From Octopus vulgaris (Eukaryota), in contig OX597820.1 of NCBI GenBank assembly GCA_951406725.2, positions 72,106,001 to 72,170,000 on the forward strand: a stretch of 64,000 nt of DNA, in the 5' to 3' direction. Under the pieces are notes generated by a model. It worked only from the letters and a program-made list of their open reading frames with translations, ran no database searches and was not told the DNA's origin. The stretch's first letter is position 1, and each line of letters opens with the position of its first letter. The translations under genes were made by a program, and so were the position numbers. Below, in pieces: positions 1 through 12,679 of this stretch.

Positions 1-14
1 TGTGTGTCACTGTA

Positions 15-197
15 TATATCTCTATCTATCTATCCATCTGTCTATCTATCCATCTATCTATCTATCTATCTATTTATCTATCTATCTATCTGTCTATCTA
101 TTTATCTATCTATCTATCTGTCTATCTATCTAACCATCTCTCTATCTATCTATCTATCCATCTGTCTATCCATCTGTCTATCTTTCTATCTATCTAT

Positions 198-241
<44 letters not shown>
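15..241. repeat. (TATC)n then (TA)n microsatellite
   Basis: Direct reading; ORF 4..201 is its translation. Confidence 0.95.
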
Positions 242-243
<2 letters not shown>

Positions 244-1099
244 ATGTATCTATGTATATATTTACACACATACACATTACAGTTTTTGAAGACTGAATCG
301 GCTTTTATCTATACCACTCGCTATAATTATTCTCAGATATAAAGTAGTTTTTAAGGTTTATATCGAATTCTTCCCATATATCATATCAAATATTAGATGT
401 CAAACAGATTTCTCTTTCCCATTCACTGTGCTTCTTTTAAGTTTTAATCTTGCTTATATCATGGTGAACTCTCTATAATGTTTCTTCCAATATAAAACTG
501 ATGAATTAGAGAATATACACGCATACATACACACATACATGCACACACATACATACATACATACATACATACATACATACATACATACATACATACATAC
601 ATGTATATGTATATCCTTCAGATTGTTTTCTATTATGCCAAATATTTGTTAGTCATTTTTACTTACTCTAAACTTGTGCTTATATATCATGTTGTATAAA
701 TATATTCTTAAGTAGCTAAGACATTTTAGTTTTATAGATATGGTGGATATTACCATATTCAGATAACTTATTTACTTCGTTATGAGTGTTAGTTCAAAAG
801 CACTGTTAGTTCAAAATAGCAACTGGTGTATTATACTTAAAGCACTTATTTACTGTTGAAAACTGGGTTTTGATTTGCTCATGTCTAATGAGATATTATT
901 GTGGAGAGATATTGACAGACATGATGGAAACTTCTCGTTCAGTTCTTGATTGATAAGATTGTAAAAATGTATTTTATATCCTGCACTAAATAAATAAACA
1001 ACATTTATTGTGATATTAAAACATTGATTGTGATATTAAGTAGTATTCCATAATTGTCAATTATAGATTTGGATGCACAGTAATTGGTGTGTAAGATTT

Positions 1100-1390
1100 G
1101 AGAGGGGGAGAGAGAGAGAAGTGAGAAAGTGTGTATGTGTGTGAGAGAGAGAGAGAGAGAGTGGTAGAGAGAGAAAGAGAGAGAAATAGAGAGAAAGAGA
1201 GAGAAAGACAGATTAAGAGAAAGCTTGTGTGTGAGAAAGAGTGAAAGAGAGTATTTGTGTGTTACAGAGAAAGAGAGAGTTTGGGAGTGAAAGAATGAGA
1301 GAGAGAGAGGGGGGGGGAGAGAGAAAGAGAGTGAGATTAAGAAGAAGAGGCAGACAATGTATAAGATAGAATGAGAGATAGAAATATATT
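1100..1390. repeat. Degenerate (GA)n/(GT)n microsatellite
   Basis: Direct reading. Confidence 0.9.
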
Positions 1391-1619
1391 AGATATGTTG
1401 CTGAAAGGAATTTGGGTAATTAATAGCAATCAAACATTTGAACTAGCTGCTAAATATCTATAAATTTCATTGCTTTTTTTTTGGTTTATTTTCCGTTCTT
1501 TTTTTATCTGTTTTTATCAGTAAATTGCACTGAATGTCTAATGTTTTCTGTCTCTTTAGATTATAATGAGAGTTTAATATCTCAAAAGTTTATATAAATT
1601 GTACTGAACTGTTTCAGTG

Positions 1620-2325
1620 TTATTGTCGTCATCATTATTTCTATCGTCATTACTGCTGCCGTCATCATCGTTGTCATCGTCATCATGATCACCACAGCTT
1701 CCACTGTCATCACTGTGGCTGCTGTTACTGCCATTGTCATCACCACCACTACTGCCACTGCCACCACTGCCGCCACCACTACCATCATCACCGTCATCAT
1801 CATCGTCACCACAACCTCTGTTACCATTGCTGCTGCTGCTCTCATCATCATCATCATCGCCAAAGACTATACTGCCAACACCATGGCTGTCGTTATCATC
1901 ACCACCACCACCACCACCACCACCACCATCATCGTCATCATCATCTTCGCCACAACCTCTGTCACTGTTGCTGCTGCTGCTGCTCTCATCATCATCATCA
2001 TCAACATCCTCATCATCATCATCATCATCATCATTGTCAAAGCCTCTTCATCACCAAAGCCTATACAGCCAAAACCATGGCTGTTATCATCACCACCACT
2101 ACCACCACCATCATCATTAACATTATCACCATCATATTATTATACTTGTTGTCACAAACTCTGTCATCATTGCTCCAACTGCTCTCATCATCATCATCAT
2201 CATCATCGTTGTCGTCATTGCAGCCTCTGCTGCTATCGCTGCTGTTGCTGTCATCGTCATCGTCATCACCATCATCAATCATCATCATCATCACTATCAT
2301 CATAAGCAGCAGCAGTAGCAGCAGA
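1620..2325. repeat. Compound CAT/CAC/GCT trinucleotide array with higher-order duplication
   Basis: Recurrent blocks cacaacctctgt..gctgctctcatc (about 1810, 1950, 2153) and caaagNctatacNgccaaNaccatggctg (1861, 2055). Confidence 0.9.
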
Positions 2326-2484
2326 ATTTTTATGCTCCTCTATCCTAGCTGCTATGGGCTGGACCGGTCCTTTGATGCAATGCTTCATAACCCAATGCCT
2401 TTCCTTATGCCAACTCTTTTAGTTTCACATGACAGGTAGGAATTCAGTTTTCCTATTCTAAAATCTAAGTCACACACATTATTC

Positions 2485-2895
2485 CAGCTATAAAATGTAC
2501 AGTGTGCTCTATATAATTATGCCAATAGAAACTTTTGCAGGTATTTATGTCTATCTAAATTGTAATGGGTGTTTAATATAATTATGCCTACATAAATTGT
2601 GACTGGTTGTTTATGATTAATGTATCTATACAAATTATGACTAGATATTTAATGTAATTATGCCAATATTAATTGCACTGTGTTTCATGTGTATATAATT
2701 TGTACTGGGTGTTTAACATAATTACACCTTTGCAAATTATTGTGACTATTTAATGTTCTTATGTGTAATTAAATTTTACTGTATGTATAATTTCATATGT
2801 TTATATAAATTGCATTGGCTACTTAATGTTTTTATGTGTATATAAATTTTACTTGATGCTTAATTTCATTAAACCAATATAAACTGCAGTGAGTG
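2485..2895. repeat. Degenerate ~36-bp AT-rich minisatellite
   Basis: Repeated unit approximately taaattgtactgggtgtttaatgtaattatgcctata; similar units also near 1520 and 1595. Confidence 0.75.
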
Positions 2896-3315
2896 TGTAT
2901 CCCACTGATTGTTGTTTAGTAATATTAAACAAAGATAAGGGTCTTAAATTGCAACTGAAATTTGTATAGGCGAAATGAAATTAAACACCCAGATTAAATT
3001 TATATCGACATAAAATATTAAATGCTGCAATTAGGGGTACATGACTGTCTACCCAGCTACTTACGGGTTAATTTAATGAGGTGGTAGGTAGATCAGTTTA
3101 TTCAACTACTGAATGCTTCTTATTAAAACCAATGAAGAATCTATTGAACAATGTAAATGGTTGGTTTGGCCATTTTTATTGTTGGTCAATGGTATTTCAG
3201 ACACAGTAACTTAACCACTTCTGTTGTGCCCGGGCTGTTTTCGGAAGCAAGGGGCAAGCCCCAAACACACTTACCACCTCTCTACTCATGGATATGCCAC
3301 AAAGGAAAGACAAGT

Positions 3316-3329
3316 CAGTCATCATCATC

Positions 3330-3369
<40 letters not shown>

Positions 3370-3750
3370 TTGTTTAATGTCTGCTTTCCATGCTGGCATG
3401 GACTGCATGGTTTGACTGAGGACTGACAAGCCTGGAGTCTGCACCAGGTTCCAATCTGATCTGGCAATGTTTCTACAGCTAGATGCCCTTCCCAATGCCA
3501 ACCCCTTCGAAAGTGTGGTGGGTGCTTTTTACTTACCACAAGTCAGGGGGCACTGGCATTGACCACATTTGGATGGTGCTTTTTACATGCTACCAGCATG
3601 GGAGCCAGTCAGGGAGCACTGACATCGACCGTGTTCAGATGATGCATTTTATATGCCACTGGCATGGGAGCCAGTAAATACATTCAATAAATTTTTATGT
3701 GCCACCAGCTTGGGTGCCATTATCCTGACACCAACATCGGCCACAACTGC
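3316..3750 (-). mobile_element. 3' end of RTE-derived element with (GAT)n tail
   Basis: Reverse complement of the aggaagggcatccagctgtagaaac...ccatgccagcatggaaagc terminus shared with 10396-11241, with internal tandem units. Confidence 0.85.
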
Positions 3751-3759
3751 AGTCTACTC

Positions 3760-4010
3760 GTCCCAGTCATTGGGCTGTGGCCATGCTGGAATTCTACCTT
3801 GAAAGGTTTAGTTGACCAAATCAAGCCCTGCACTTGCTATTTTTAAGCCTGGTACTTATTCTATTGGTCTCTCTTGCCAAACTGCTAAGTTACAGAGATG
3901 TAAACAAACCAATAGCGGTTGTCATGTGGTGGTGGGAGACAAGCATATACATAAATGGATATACATGGGTTTCTTTCAGTTTCCATCTACAAAATTCACT
4001 CTCAAGGCTT
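3760..4010 (-). mobile_element. Partial SINE family A
   Basis: Matches the reverse complement of the 3' half of 4827-5268. Confidence 0.75.
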
Positions 4011-4243
4011 CTGAAGCAAATTCAAAGCAACTGTATTTAACAAATAAAACTTAACCTAATGAACCCATTATTTTGTTGTTTTTATATAAATAGCTACCCC
4101 ATTATCGCCCCACTTTTCTTCAACCCCACCCTTGGAATTTTCCACCATCCCCAAGGGGGCAATACTGCCTGCTTTGGGAACCACTGATCTCTATCATGAC
4201 ATTGCTTTTGCATAGCATGCAGACATTATCAAGGCATTGGGTA

Positions 4244-4281
<38 letters not shown>

Positions 4282-4594
4282 TCGATATGTAAGGTGACTC
4301 TACACTTAGAGAGATGGCTAAGGGACTATCCTCACAAATTGCAATGTCTAACTATAGTCTGAAGGCTGCTTTGGGATGTTATTGCACTCATCATGAGGTT
4401 GCTCACCAAACTGGTCACCTAGACAATGTCCTGTTACACTCACCAATAGGAATTGTAACAGTTACACTTCATACCAGTGGTTCTCAACCATTTTTGGCCT
4501 ATGAACCCTTTAATTCTTGTTTTACTGGTATGGACCCTCATAGCCATTTGATGTCTAAAAATTCTATTATACTTTTATAATCAAAATTTTAGTT

Positions 4595-4808
4595 TTGAAA
4601 TGTTGGCTCAAGGCCAGCGATTTTGCTAGGAGGGGATAAGTCGATTACAATGACCCCCAGTACTCAACTGGTACTTATTTCATTGACCTTGAAAGGATGA
4701 TAGGCAAAATGAACCTTTGCTGAATTTGAACTCAGAATGTAGAGACTAACGAAATGCCACTAAGCATTTTTCCTGATGCACAAAAGATTCTTCCTGCTCA
4801 CCACCTTA
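4595..4808 (-). mobile_element. SINE family B
   Basis: Reverse complement of the aaggYggtgagctggcagaatc...gagttcaaattc...cctttcatcctttc...aataagtaccag family. Confidence 0.85.
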
Positions 4809-4826
4809 ATGAAATAATTTTTAGTA

Positions 4827-4988
4827 GGTGCAGGAGTGGCTGTGTGGTAAGTAGCTTGCTTACCAACCACATGGTTCCGGGTTCAGTCCCACTGCGTGGT
4901 ACCTTGGGCAAGTGTCTTCTACTATAGCCTCAGGTCGACCAAAGCCTTGCGAGTATTGGTAGAGGGAAACTGAAAGAAGCCTGTTATA

Positions 4989-5039
<51 letters not shown>

Positions 5040-5268
5040 GCATATATATGTTGGCGTGTCTGTGTTTGTCCCCCCAACTTTGCTTGGCAACTGATGCTGG
5101 TGTGTTTACGTCCCCGTAACTTAGCAGTTCGGCAGAAGAGACCGATAGAATAAGTACTAGGCTTACAAAGAATAAGTCCTGGGGTCGATTTGCTCGACTA
5201 AAGGCGATGCTCCAGCATGGCCCCAGTCAAAAGACTGAAGCAATTAAAAGAGTGAAAGAGTAAAGAGT
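4827..5268 (+). mobile_element. Full-length tRNA-derived SINE family A with internal (TA)n
   Basis: A-box-like tggctgtgtgg, B-box-like gggttcagtccc, central microsatellite, aaagagt repeat tail; more than ten related copies in the window. Confidence 0.9.
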
Positions 5269-6341
5269 AATTGTATAAAAAAATTGTTAAAATATTTTGT
5301 GTATTGTAGAAGTGTAACCAATGTATTGCTCATAATTTTTAACAAGATCTTGTATGGACTCCCAAAGGCCATATGGATTCTGGTTGAGAACTACTGCTTT
5401 ATAGAGTAAATGGAGTGGGAGGTGGTGCAATCAAAGATGCTTGAATAAACAGATACAGTTAAAAATAATGATTTCTAACATTGACACAAGCTATAAATTT
5501 TGAAGGAGGCTACAGTCAAAGCAATCAACTCCAGTCTCAACTGTGACATTATTTTATCCATCCCCTCTGAGAGGATGCAAAACAGGTTTGATCGTGGTAG
5601 GATTTGAATTCAAATTGTAAAGAGATGCCGCTAAAACTGCCGGGCATTTTGTTTTATGATCCAATCTATTGGTTTTATGTAGTTAAAGTATTAAAAATAA
5701 CAAAGTCTGTCCCTTTGATATCTCCACGTCATCTGATTGAAATAATGTCAGCTGTTACAGCTGTTATAAAGTTTGTGTCAATGGAAAACATTAGATGTGG
5801 ACAGCTGGGAGTCAGAAAATGGTTGCTTGTTCTTCAACAGTTATTTCTGCTGGTTTATATTCAGCTGTTTTCTGAAGCTAAGGAATTGACAGAACATTGT
5901 ATAGAATATTTTGAAGTATTTTTTTACTGGTTTTCTGGGGTCAACCCCAACTGAAGTCAACTTTGTTTTTTATTTTTTCCTATTTGTACTTGAAGTAGCC
6001 ATTTCCCTGCAGTAAGCTGAGCTGGATCTGACCAATAAGTTCATAATGTTCTTCATAAATGATGACCATATCTGATGGTTGGCCCTAAAAGGAATGCTTC
6101 TGCTTGTTACCTAAAGATCTGGCTTGCAAATTCGATCAATACTCTACTGGGAGAGGAGCAAGTGGGTAGCACAGATTGAATAGTCATAGTTGTCATTCAC
6201 TGTTGAGGTGGAGAGTTTATGTTTCAGATACTCTTGTTCAAAATTTTATGTCCATCTTTTCTAAGTTAAACAAAACTTGTTGAGGTGGATTTTCTATGGT
6301 TAGCAGCTTTTCTTGTCACAAAACCTTGCCTATTTTTCAAG

Positions 6342-6739
6342 TACTCTTTTACTTGTTTCAGTCATTTGACTCTGGCCATACTGGAGCACCGCCTTTAGTT
6401 GAGCAAATCAACCCTGGGACTTATTCTTTGTAAGCCTAGTACTTATTCTATCGGTCTCTTTTGCTGAACCACTATGTTACGGGCACATAAACACATCAAC
6501 ATCAGTTGTCAAGCAACGTTGGGGGACAAACACAGACACACAAACATACATACACACACACACGCACATATATATACGTTGGGCTTCTATCAGTTTCCAT
6601 CTACCAAATCCACTCACTAAGCTTTGGGTAGCCTGAGGCTATAGTGGAAAACACTTGCCCAAGATGCCATGCAGTGGGACTGAACCTGGAACCATGTGGT
6701 TGGTAAGCAAGCTACTTACCACACAGCCACACCTGCACC
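6342..6739 (-). mobile_element. SINE family A
   Basis: Reverse complement of 4827-5268. Confidence 0.9.
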
Positions 6740-6784
6740 AAGTAATGTACTTTTTCCTACATCACTGGTCATCACATGTAAAAT

Positions 6785-7050
6785 CACATGGCCAAATGGT
6801 TAGGATATCATACTCACAATTGTTAGCATGTGATTTTAATTCATGGACCTGAGGGTGCATTGTATTCTTGAACAAAACACTTCATGCTACTCTAGTTCAA
6901 TCACTTGTAATGAATTCCACTAATAGCTTGGAAGTTAGTCCTGCAACAGACTGGTTTCTTGTCCAGCTGCAAGGAGTTTTATAATCTCAGTCAATCATGG
7001 GAAAAGTATCCTTTGACCTGTCCTACACGCGAGGCCCTGCCAGAAGCTTG
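6785..7050 (+). mobile_element. Diverged tRNA-derived SINE family C
   Basis: catggccaaatggttagg head and ttgtattcttgaacaaaacactt core, similar to 57125-57450. Confidence 0.6.
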
Positions 7051-7998
7051 CATTCTACTGATGTATCTCAAGATCATTGAGATACATAAACCACCACACT
7101 ACATGAAGGACTGGACCTTGCAGAGGGTCAGGTAAGATACCTTGAGATACGTATTCTAGATCCTTGTGTTCCAAGTTCATATTCCACCTCCTATCACTGG
7201 TCTCCTCATGGAAGAGAAAAGACAGACAGGTCCTTTGAGATATAAACGACATTGATAGGTCTTCACTGTCAGATGGCACACCATGTATGATTGGAATATC
7301 TCAAGTGCATTAATAAAATGAGTGGACCTGTACGAAGCAAAACAACAACAACAACAACAATGATAATAATAATTTCAGCTGCACCATAAGTTGCTTCAGA
7401 TGTTACAATGTTCTTGTTGCCGTTTATCTCTAGATCTAGCTCAGTCCTGATTATACAGATCTGTGCTATCACAGGTGTTCAAGCTGTGAACATGCTGGGT
7501 GCATTCAGGAATATATGATGTTGCTCTTTTATTTTTTAAGATGTTTTCGTGGTGTGAATTAAGTAGGTTGAGTGACAGTGTTGAAGCAGTTCCTACATAG
7601 GTTTGTATTATTGTGTATACAGAGCCAGCCACATGCACAAAAAAAAAAAATTTTAATTAAAAATAAAAACAGATAATCAAGAAAATGAGACACAAAAAAA
7701 AATTGAAAAATTATTACCCAGAGATATGTTTCACCGTGGAGCCATAAATATTTTCCAATTTTAGAAGAAGTGAGATTTTCAGATATGCCATTTTATTTAA
7801 TCCGGAAGCTATCACGAAATCAATATATTTTTGGATCATGTATGTCAAATGAATGTAGTGATTAGGTGAAGAGAATAGGCAGAAAACATGAGAGGAATTA
7901 ACTGGAAATTATTCTTGTCAGTGGTCTGGATTGAGAGAACTTGAGAACAGCTATGAATGCAAGTCCTATCCAAAGGAAGGATTTAAAAAAAAAAATTT

Positions 7999-8219
7999 TA
8001 TTCTTTTACTTGTTTCAGTCATTTGACAGCAGCCATGCCTGGGCACTGCCTTTAGTCAAGCAAATAAACCCCCAGGACTTATTCTTTGTAAGCCTAGTAC
8101 TTATTCTGTCGGTCTCTTTTTGCCAAACCACTGAGTTACAGGAATGTAAACATACCAGCATCGGTAGTCAAGCAATGTTGTGGGGACAAACACAGGCACG
8201 CAAACATATACACACATGT

Positions 8220-8263
<44 letters not shown>

Positions 8264-8451
8264 GCTTCTTTCAGTTTCCGTCTATCAAATCCACTCTTTC
8301 AGTTTCCGTCTATCAAATCCACTCACAAGGCTTTGGTCAGCCCAAGAATATGGTAGAAGAAAGACACTTGCTCAAGGTGTCATGCAGTGGGACTGAACCC
8401 AGAAGCATGTGGTTGCTAAGCAAGCTACTTACCACACAACCACACCTGTGC
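7999..8451 (-). mobile_element. SINE family A with internal ~28-bp duplication
   Basis: Reverse-complement match; ttcagtttccgtctatcaaatccactc occurs twice at about 8270-8325. Confidence 0.9.
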
Positions 8452-8512
8452 TGTATCTATATGTTTTTAAAAAGTAGATGGTGAACAAGATGAAGTGAAA
8501 GAAAACATAAAT

Positions 8513-8910
8513 AGGTACAAACAAAGCTGTGTAGTTAAGACACTCACTTTGCATTTATATCATCTCCAGTTCAATCCCACTGCACAGCAACTTGGGTGAC
8601 TGTCATTTACTTTAGCCCCAAGTTGACCAATGCCCTTTCAGTGAATTTTGTAAAGAGAAACTATGTGGAAGCCTGTTTTGTGTATATATGTATATGTATG
8701 TGTGTGTGTGTATTTGTCTCTTACCATGGCCCGATGACTGGTGTTAGTTTGTTTACATCCCCATAATTTAACAGTTTGACAAAAGAAATCAATAGAATTG
8801 AACCACATTTATATATAAGTACTGAGGTTGATTTGTGTAACTAAACTCTTCAAGGCAGTGCCCCAGCATGGCCATAATCCAATGACTAAAATAACTGAAA
8901 ACAGATAAAG
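8513..8910 (+). mobile_element. Diverged SINE family A
   Basis: Colinear similarity to 4827-5268. Confidence 0.8.
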
Positions 8911-9423
8911 CTATTTAGTTTTACATTTGTTTTTTCTTTTTATATTTTATTTACATGTTTGTTTTTTTTAAGATGAAGAACAACTTACCCTACTTCCTTT
9001 GCAGCAAAAACAAAAAAACTAAAATTATTATCATTTCACTGAAAGGAGATATCTTACTTCTTAAATTAGACTTCACTAAGCCCGTTATCTTTAATCACAC
9101 CCAAACTCTGTTAATCTATCCTTCTTTTAGTCATGAAGGATAAGGAAATGGCCATTCTCCTTACTTCACTCTTCTTCCTGTTAATTTATCAAACAGTTCC
9201 CCTACAGTTCTCACTATCTTTAACATTTAGTGCACAGAGCTATTCAGTCCCAGAACCTTCTAAAATTCATGAAGATATCTTCCAGCACCATATCAGAGAT
9301 TATTATAAACGTAGCAGGTTGTAATTATATATTTCATTTTTAGTATTTTTAAGAAGATATTTGTCTAAAGTTGTTGTTATGAACCAAACCTAAATACAGC
9401 AGCCAAATCTCCCTCATACCACC

Positions 9424-9599
9424 GGAGCAGGCATGGTGGTGTGGTTAAGAAGCCTGCTTCATGATGACGAGGTCTTTTGTTCAGTTTCATTGCTTGACAC
9501 TTTGAACAGGGGCCTTCTACTATAACCTCTGGCTGACCAAAGCCTTGTGAGCAGATTTGGTAGACAGACACTGGGAAGAAGCTTGTTGTGTATGTGAGT

Positions 9600-9650
<51 letters not shown>

Positions 9651-9980
9651 CATGCATGTGTATGTGTGCATGTGTGTGTGTACATGCATGTATGTATGTG
9701 CATGTGTGTGTGTATGTGTGTGTGTACATGTGTGTGTGCACCCTTGTCTTCACATTTTGTGATGGTTGGGACATCAGAATTACTGACATACAAGCTATGT
9801 TGTTCATTTCCAGTCTTCTGTGAAAACCATTCTCTGATCATGGGGGAAATATTAACTTGCTTGGAAAAAGGTTATGGGTTGGTGACAGGAAGTGTATCCA
9901 GCCATAGAAAATCTGCCTCAACAAATATCATTTTACCCAAGCATGCGTAGAAAAGTGGACATACAGTGAACATGATGATT
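9424..9980 (+). mobile_element. SINE with family A head and RTE-type (GAT)n tail
   Basis: Family A head, then (GT)n, then ttggtgacaggaagtgtatccagccatagaaaa...gatgat tail; the same tail occurs at 40480-40720. Confidence 0.75.
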
Positions 9981-10319
9981 ACTGTTCCAGGAAGACCTAG
10001 GTAAGACTAAAAGTCAGGGTGGTCACAGCTGAAATGCTTTAAATACTTTTTATAAGATGAACTAGTGTTGGCTTGGGTTTAAACAATGTTATCAGACTTA
10101 CGTAAATTTTACCTTTCATTCTTCTAGGGTCAATAAAATAACAGTCAAGTACAGGGATCATTTAACTAACTGACCCCTTCCTCCAAATTTTATACCAAAT
10201 TGCTCAGCCCTTTTACTTATATCTCTGTCTGTTATCTCTGAAACCACTTTTTTATATTGTTTCTAATTCCTTCTTTCTGTATCTCACTCTCTGCTCCTTT
10301 TTTTCCCGCTCTGATTATT

Positions 10320-11417
10320 TCTGGTTCTCAAACAGCATCCGTATGACCCTTGGAGGTCCATATAAGAGTTTGTTGTTAAAATTTATCTAAAATATAAGAA
10401 GCATCAGATGTGGTGTGCAAGAGAGACAGCTGTGCTGGTATGATCATGTGGCGAGAATGGATGAGGATAGCTGTGTGAAAAAGTGCCACACCCTAGTGGT
10501 TGAGGGAACCTGTGGAAAAGGTAGATCCAGGAAGAGCTGGGATGAGGTGGTGAGGCATGACCTTTGAACGTTGGGCCTCACCGAGGCAATGACTAGTGAC
10601 CGAGACCTTTGGAAATATACTGTACTTGAGAAGATCCAGCAAGCCAAGTGAGACCATAACCTCATGGCCTATGCCAGGGGCACAACCAGCCCACTTATGC
10701 ATACCTTTCCTTCACTGGACACTAAACTCTGCTTGCAAAGACCTGTTGAGGCACGTGAAATTGGAATTGAAATCAAATTCGATGACTGGCATCCGTGCTA
10801 GTGGAGTGCTAGGAGCACTATCAAAGTGTGATCGTTGCCAGAGCAGCTAACTGGCTCCCATGCCGGTAGCATGTAAAAAGCACCATTTGAGCATGATCTT
10901 TACTAGCGTCACCTTTCTGGCTCTTGTGCTGGTGGCACATGAAAAATAATCAAGCAAGGTCGTTGCCAGTGCCGCTGGACTGGCTCCTGTGGAGGTGGCA
11001 TGTAAAAAACACCATTTGAGCGTGGCCGTTGCCAGTACCACCTGACTGGCTCTTGTGTTGGTGGTATGTAAAAGCACCCACTACACTCTCGGAGTGGTTG
11101 GTGTTAGGAAGGGCATCCAGCTGTAGAAACTCTGCCAGATCAGGTTGGAGCCTGGTGCAGCCATCTGGTTCACCAGTTTTCAGTCAAATCATCCAACCCA
11201 TGCTAGCATGGAATGCGGATGTTAAACGATGATGATGATGATTGGCTATGCTTCTACAATATACAAAATATTTTAATTTTTTAAAATAAAATTCCTAATA
11301 ATATTTTATTACAAATATATGACAGAATTTTGTAAACAACAAATAGCTATGGAAGTCCATCTGAGTAAAACAGGAATCTAAGAGGTCTATAGGCAAAAAT
11401 ATGGTTGAAACCCACTG
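10320..11417 (-). mobile_element. Second copy of the hAT-like MITE, interrupted by an RTE element
   Basis: 10320-10385 and 11250-11417 match the reverse complements of the two ends of 4475-5396; terminus ggttgaaacccactg. Confidence 0.75.
10396..11241 (+). mobile_element. 5'-truncated RTE-clade LINE (ORF C-terminus plus 3' UTR with ~64-bp tandem repeats)
   Basis: Translates RQLCWYDHVARMDEDSCVKKC..VEGTCGKGRSRKSWDEVVRHDL, matching the RTE WxGHVxRM and GRPRKxW motifs; (GAT)n tail. Confidence 0.9.
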
Positions 11418-11699
11418 CTACGGACATACCTATCCCAGTTAATTTATTACTCTCTGTTTACTGATATTCAATTATATTTGAATGCCAATTATCTACTTGG
11501 ACAGCCAACTGGCAGACTCCATGTCTCGTTAATAAGTCCAGTAACACAATAAATTCTATCAAATAATGTACTCACACTTTGGTAGTTTGTGTCTCTATAC
11601 TCCTTCTATTTGCCTGACAAGATGATTGCTTCCTTGCTACAACACTATATATTCCTCTCACTGATTGTATATATGTATGTATATGTATGTGTGTATATA

Positions 11700-12445
11700 A
11701 TATATATATATAATATATATAAAAAAAACTATTAGCCAAATATGTATAATATCGGTACTTATTAATATTAATATATACACTGTTATATATTTTGTTTTAT
11801 TTTGTTCTGTTTACCTTCCTTTTTTGTACAAATGTGTATTATATTATATAAGTGTAGCATTATGATGTATAAGTTTTTATATTTTACATTTTTATATTTT
11901 TATATTTATATGTATATGATTATATAATATTTTTCACTATTATAACAAATTTAATTTAATTCTCTGAAGAGGCCGTGGGGCATCCTTGTTAATGCCTCAT
12001 TTATACCTGCCTTTATGGCTTATAGGTTAAATGAGGTATGACTGTCCTCACTGCCGAAACAGCTGTCAGTTTTGATTTATTTGCATATTATATTTGAAAT
12101 TTTTTACTTATATCTCTTTATCTTTTTACTATTACTGTATACCTCATTTCATTTTATATATTGCCTTTACTCATATGTAATGGTGTATTAAAGTATGGAT
12201 TGAGTATCATCGGATAGTTGATGTTTTACTGATTTAAGTATGTTTCTCCATTCTCTAATTTTGTAGTATTAATTTACGGTAATATTATTACCTTTACCCA
12301 TTTAATACAATGGATGAACTGATTGTTTGACAATTTTTAACATCTATGTATTAATTTTGTTGGGTACCTATCTAGCAGTATATTGGATATATATTATCCC
12401 ATGGTGGGTTGAATTTTCAACCCCTATCTCATTTTATAACCTATA
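11700..12445 (+). mobile_element. AT-rich Penelope pLTR-like fragment carrying a hammerhead motif
   Basis: Bounded by (TA)n tracts; contains the hammerhead at 11962-12069. The Penelope assignment is inferred from the ribozyme type. Confidence 0.55.
11962..12069 (+). ncRNA. Type I hammerhead ribozyme motif with extended stem II
   Basis: CTGAAGA (11964), stem II GGCCGTGGGGCA/TGTCCTCACTGCC with inner TGCCTCATTTA/TAAATGAGGTA, then GAAAC-AGCT-GTC; stem I has only 2 bp. Confidence 0.75.
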
Positions 12446-12679
12446 TATATATATATATCTGTATCAACAAAAGTGCATGTGTCTTGATTTATTGATTCAG
12501 TTTTAATGAGATGACAGTGGGGTCACATGTAATGTAGCTTAAAATTACATAATATGGATATTCTATCCATTTCCACCATGTTAAATGCTTTATCTGATTA
12601 TTGAAACAAACGTAACCTAAGAATAAATGTAATTGGCACAAAGTCACACACCCCACTCAATACTACTACCCCACCTCTC

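Larger units (their letters stand above)
4475..5396 (+). mobile_element. hAT(Charlie)-like MITE interrupted by two SINEs
   Basis: TIRs CAGTGGTTCTCAACC / GGTTGAGAACTACTG; 8-bp flanks cttcatac and ctttatag (6/8 match, decayed TSD). Confidence 0.8.

Noticed and set aside
1582-2439. Long ORFs (206, 128 and 120 aa)
   Set aside because: Translations of trinucleotide repeats that are open in several frames; no domain or splice support.
4827-4900. tRNA gene
   Set aside because: A and B boxes only, continuing into a multi-copy SINE body; no cloverleaf.
5604-5954. 116-aa ORF
   Set aside because: Non-ATG start inside a decayed SINE; no recognisable domain.
7055-7320. 74-aa ORF and 11-bp hairpin atgtatctcaa/ttgagatacat
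   Set aside because: No recognisable homology; adjoins a SINE and is probably part of a repeat.
10790-11085. CRISPR-like repeat/spacer appearance
   Set aside because: The intervening segments are homologous to each other, the context is a eukaryotic LINE 3' UTR, and there are no cas genes.
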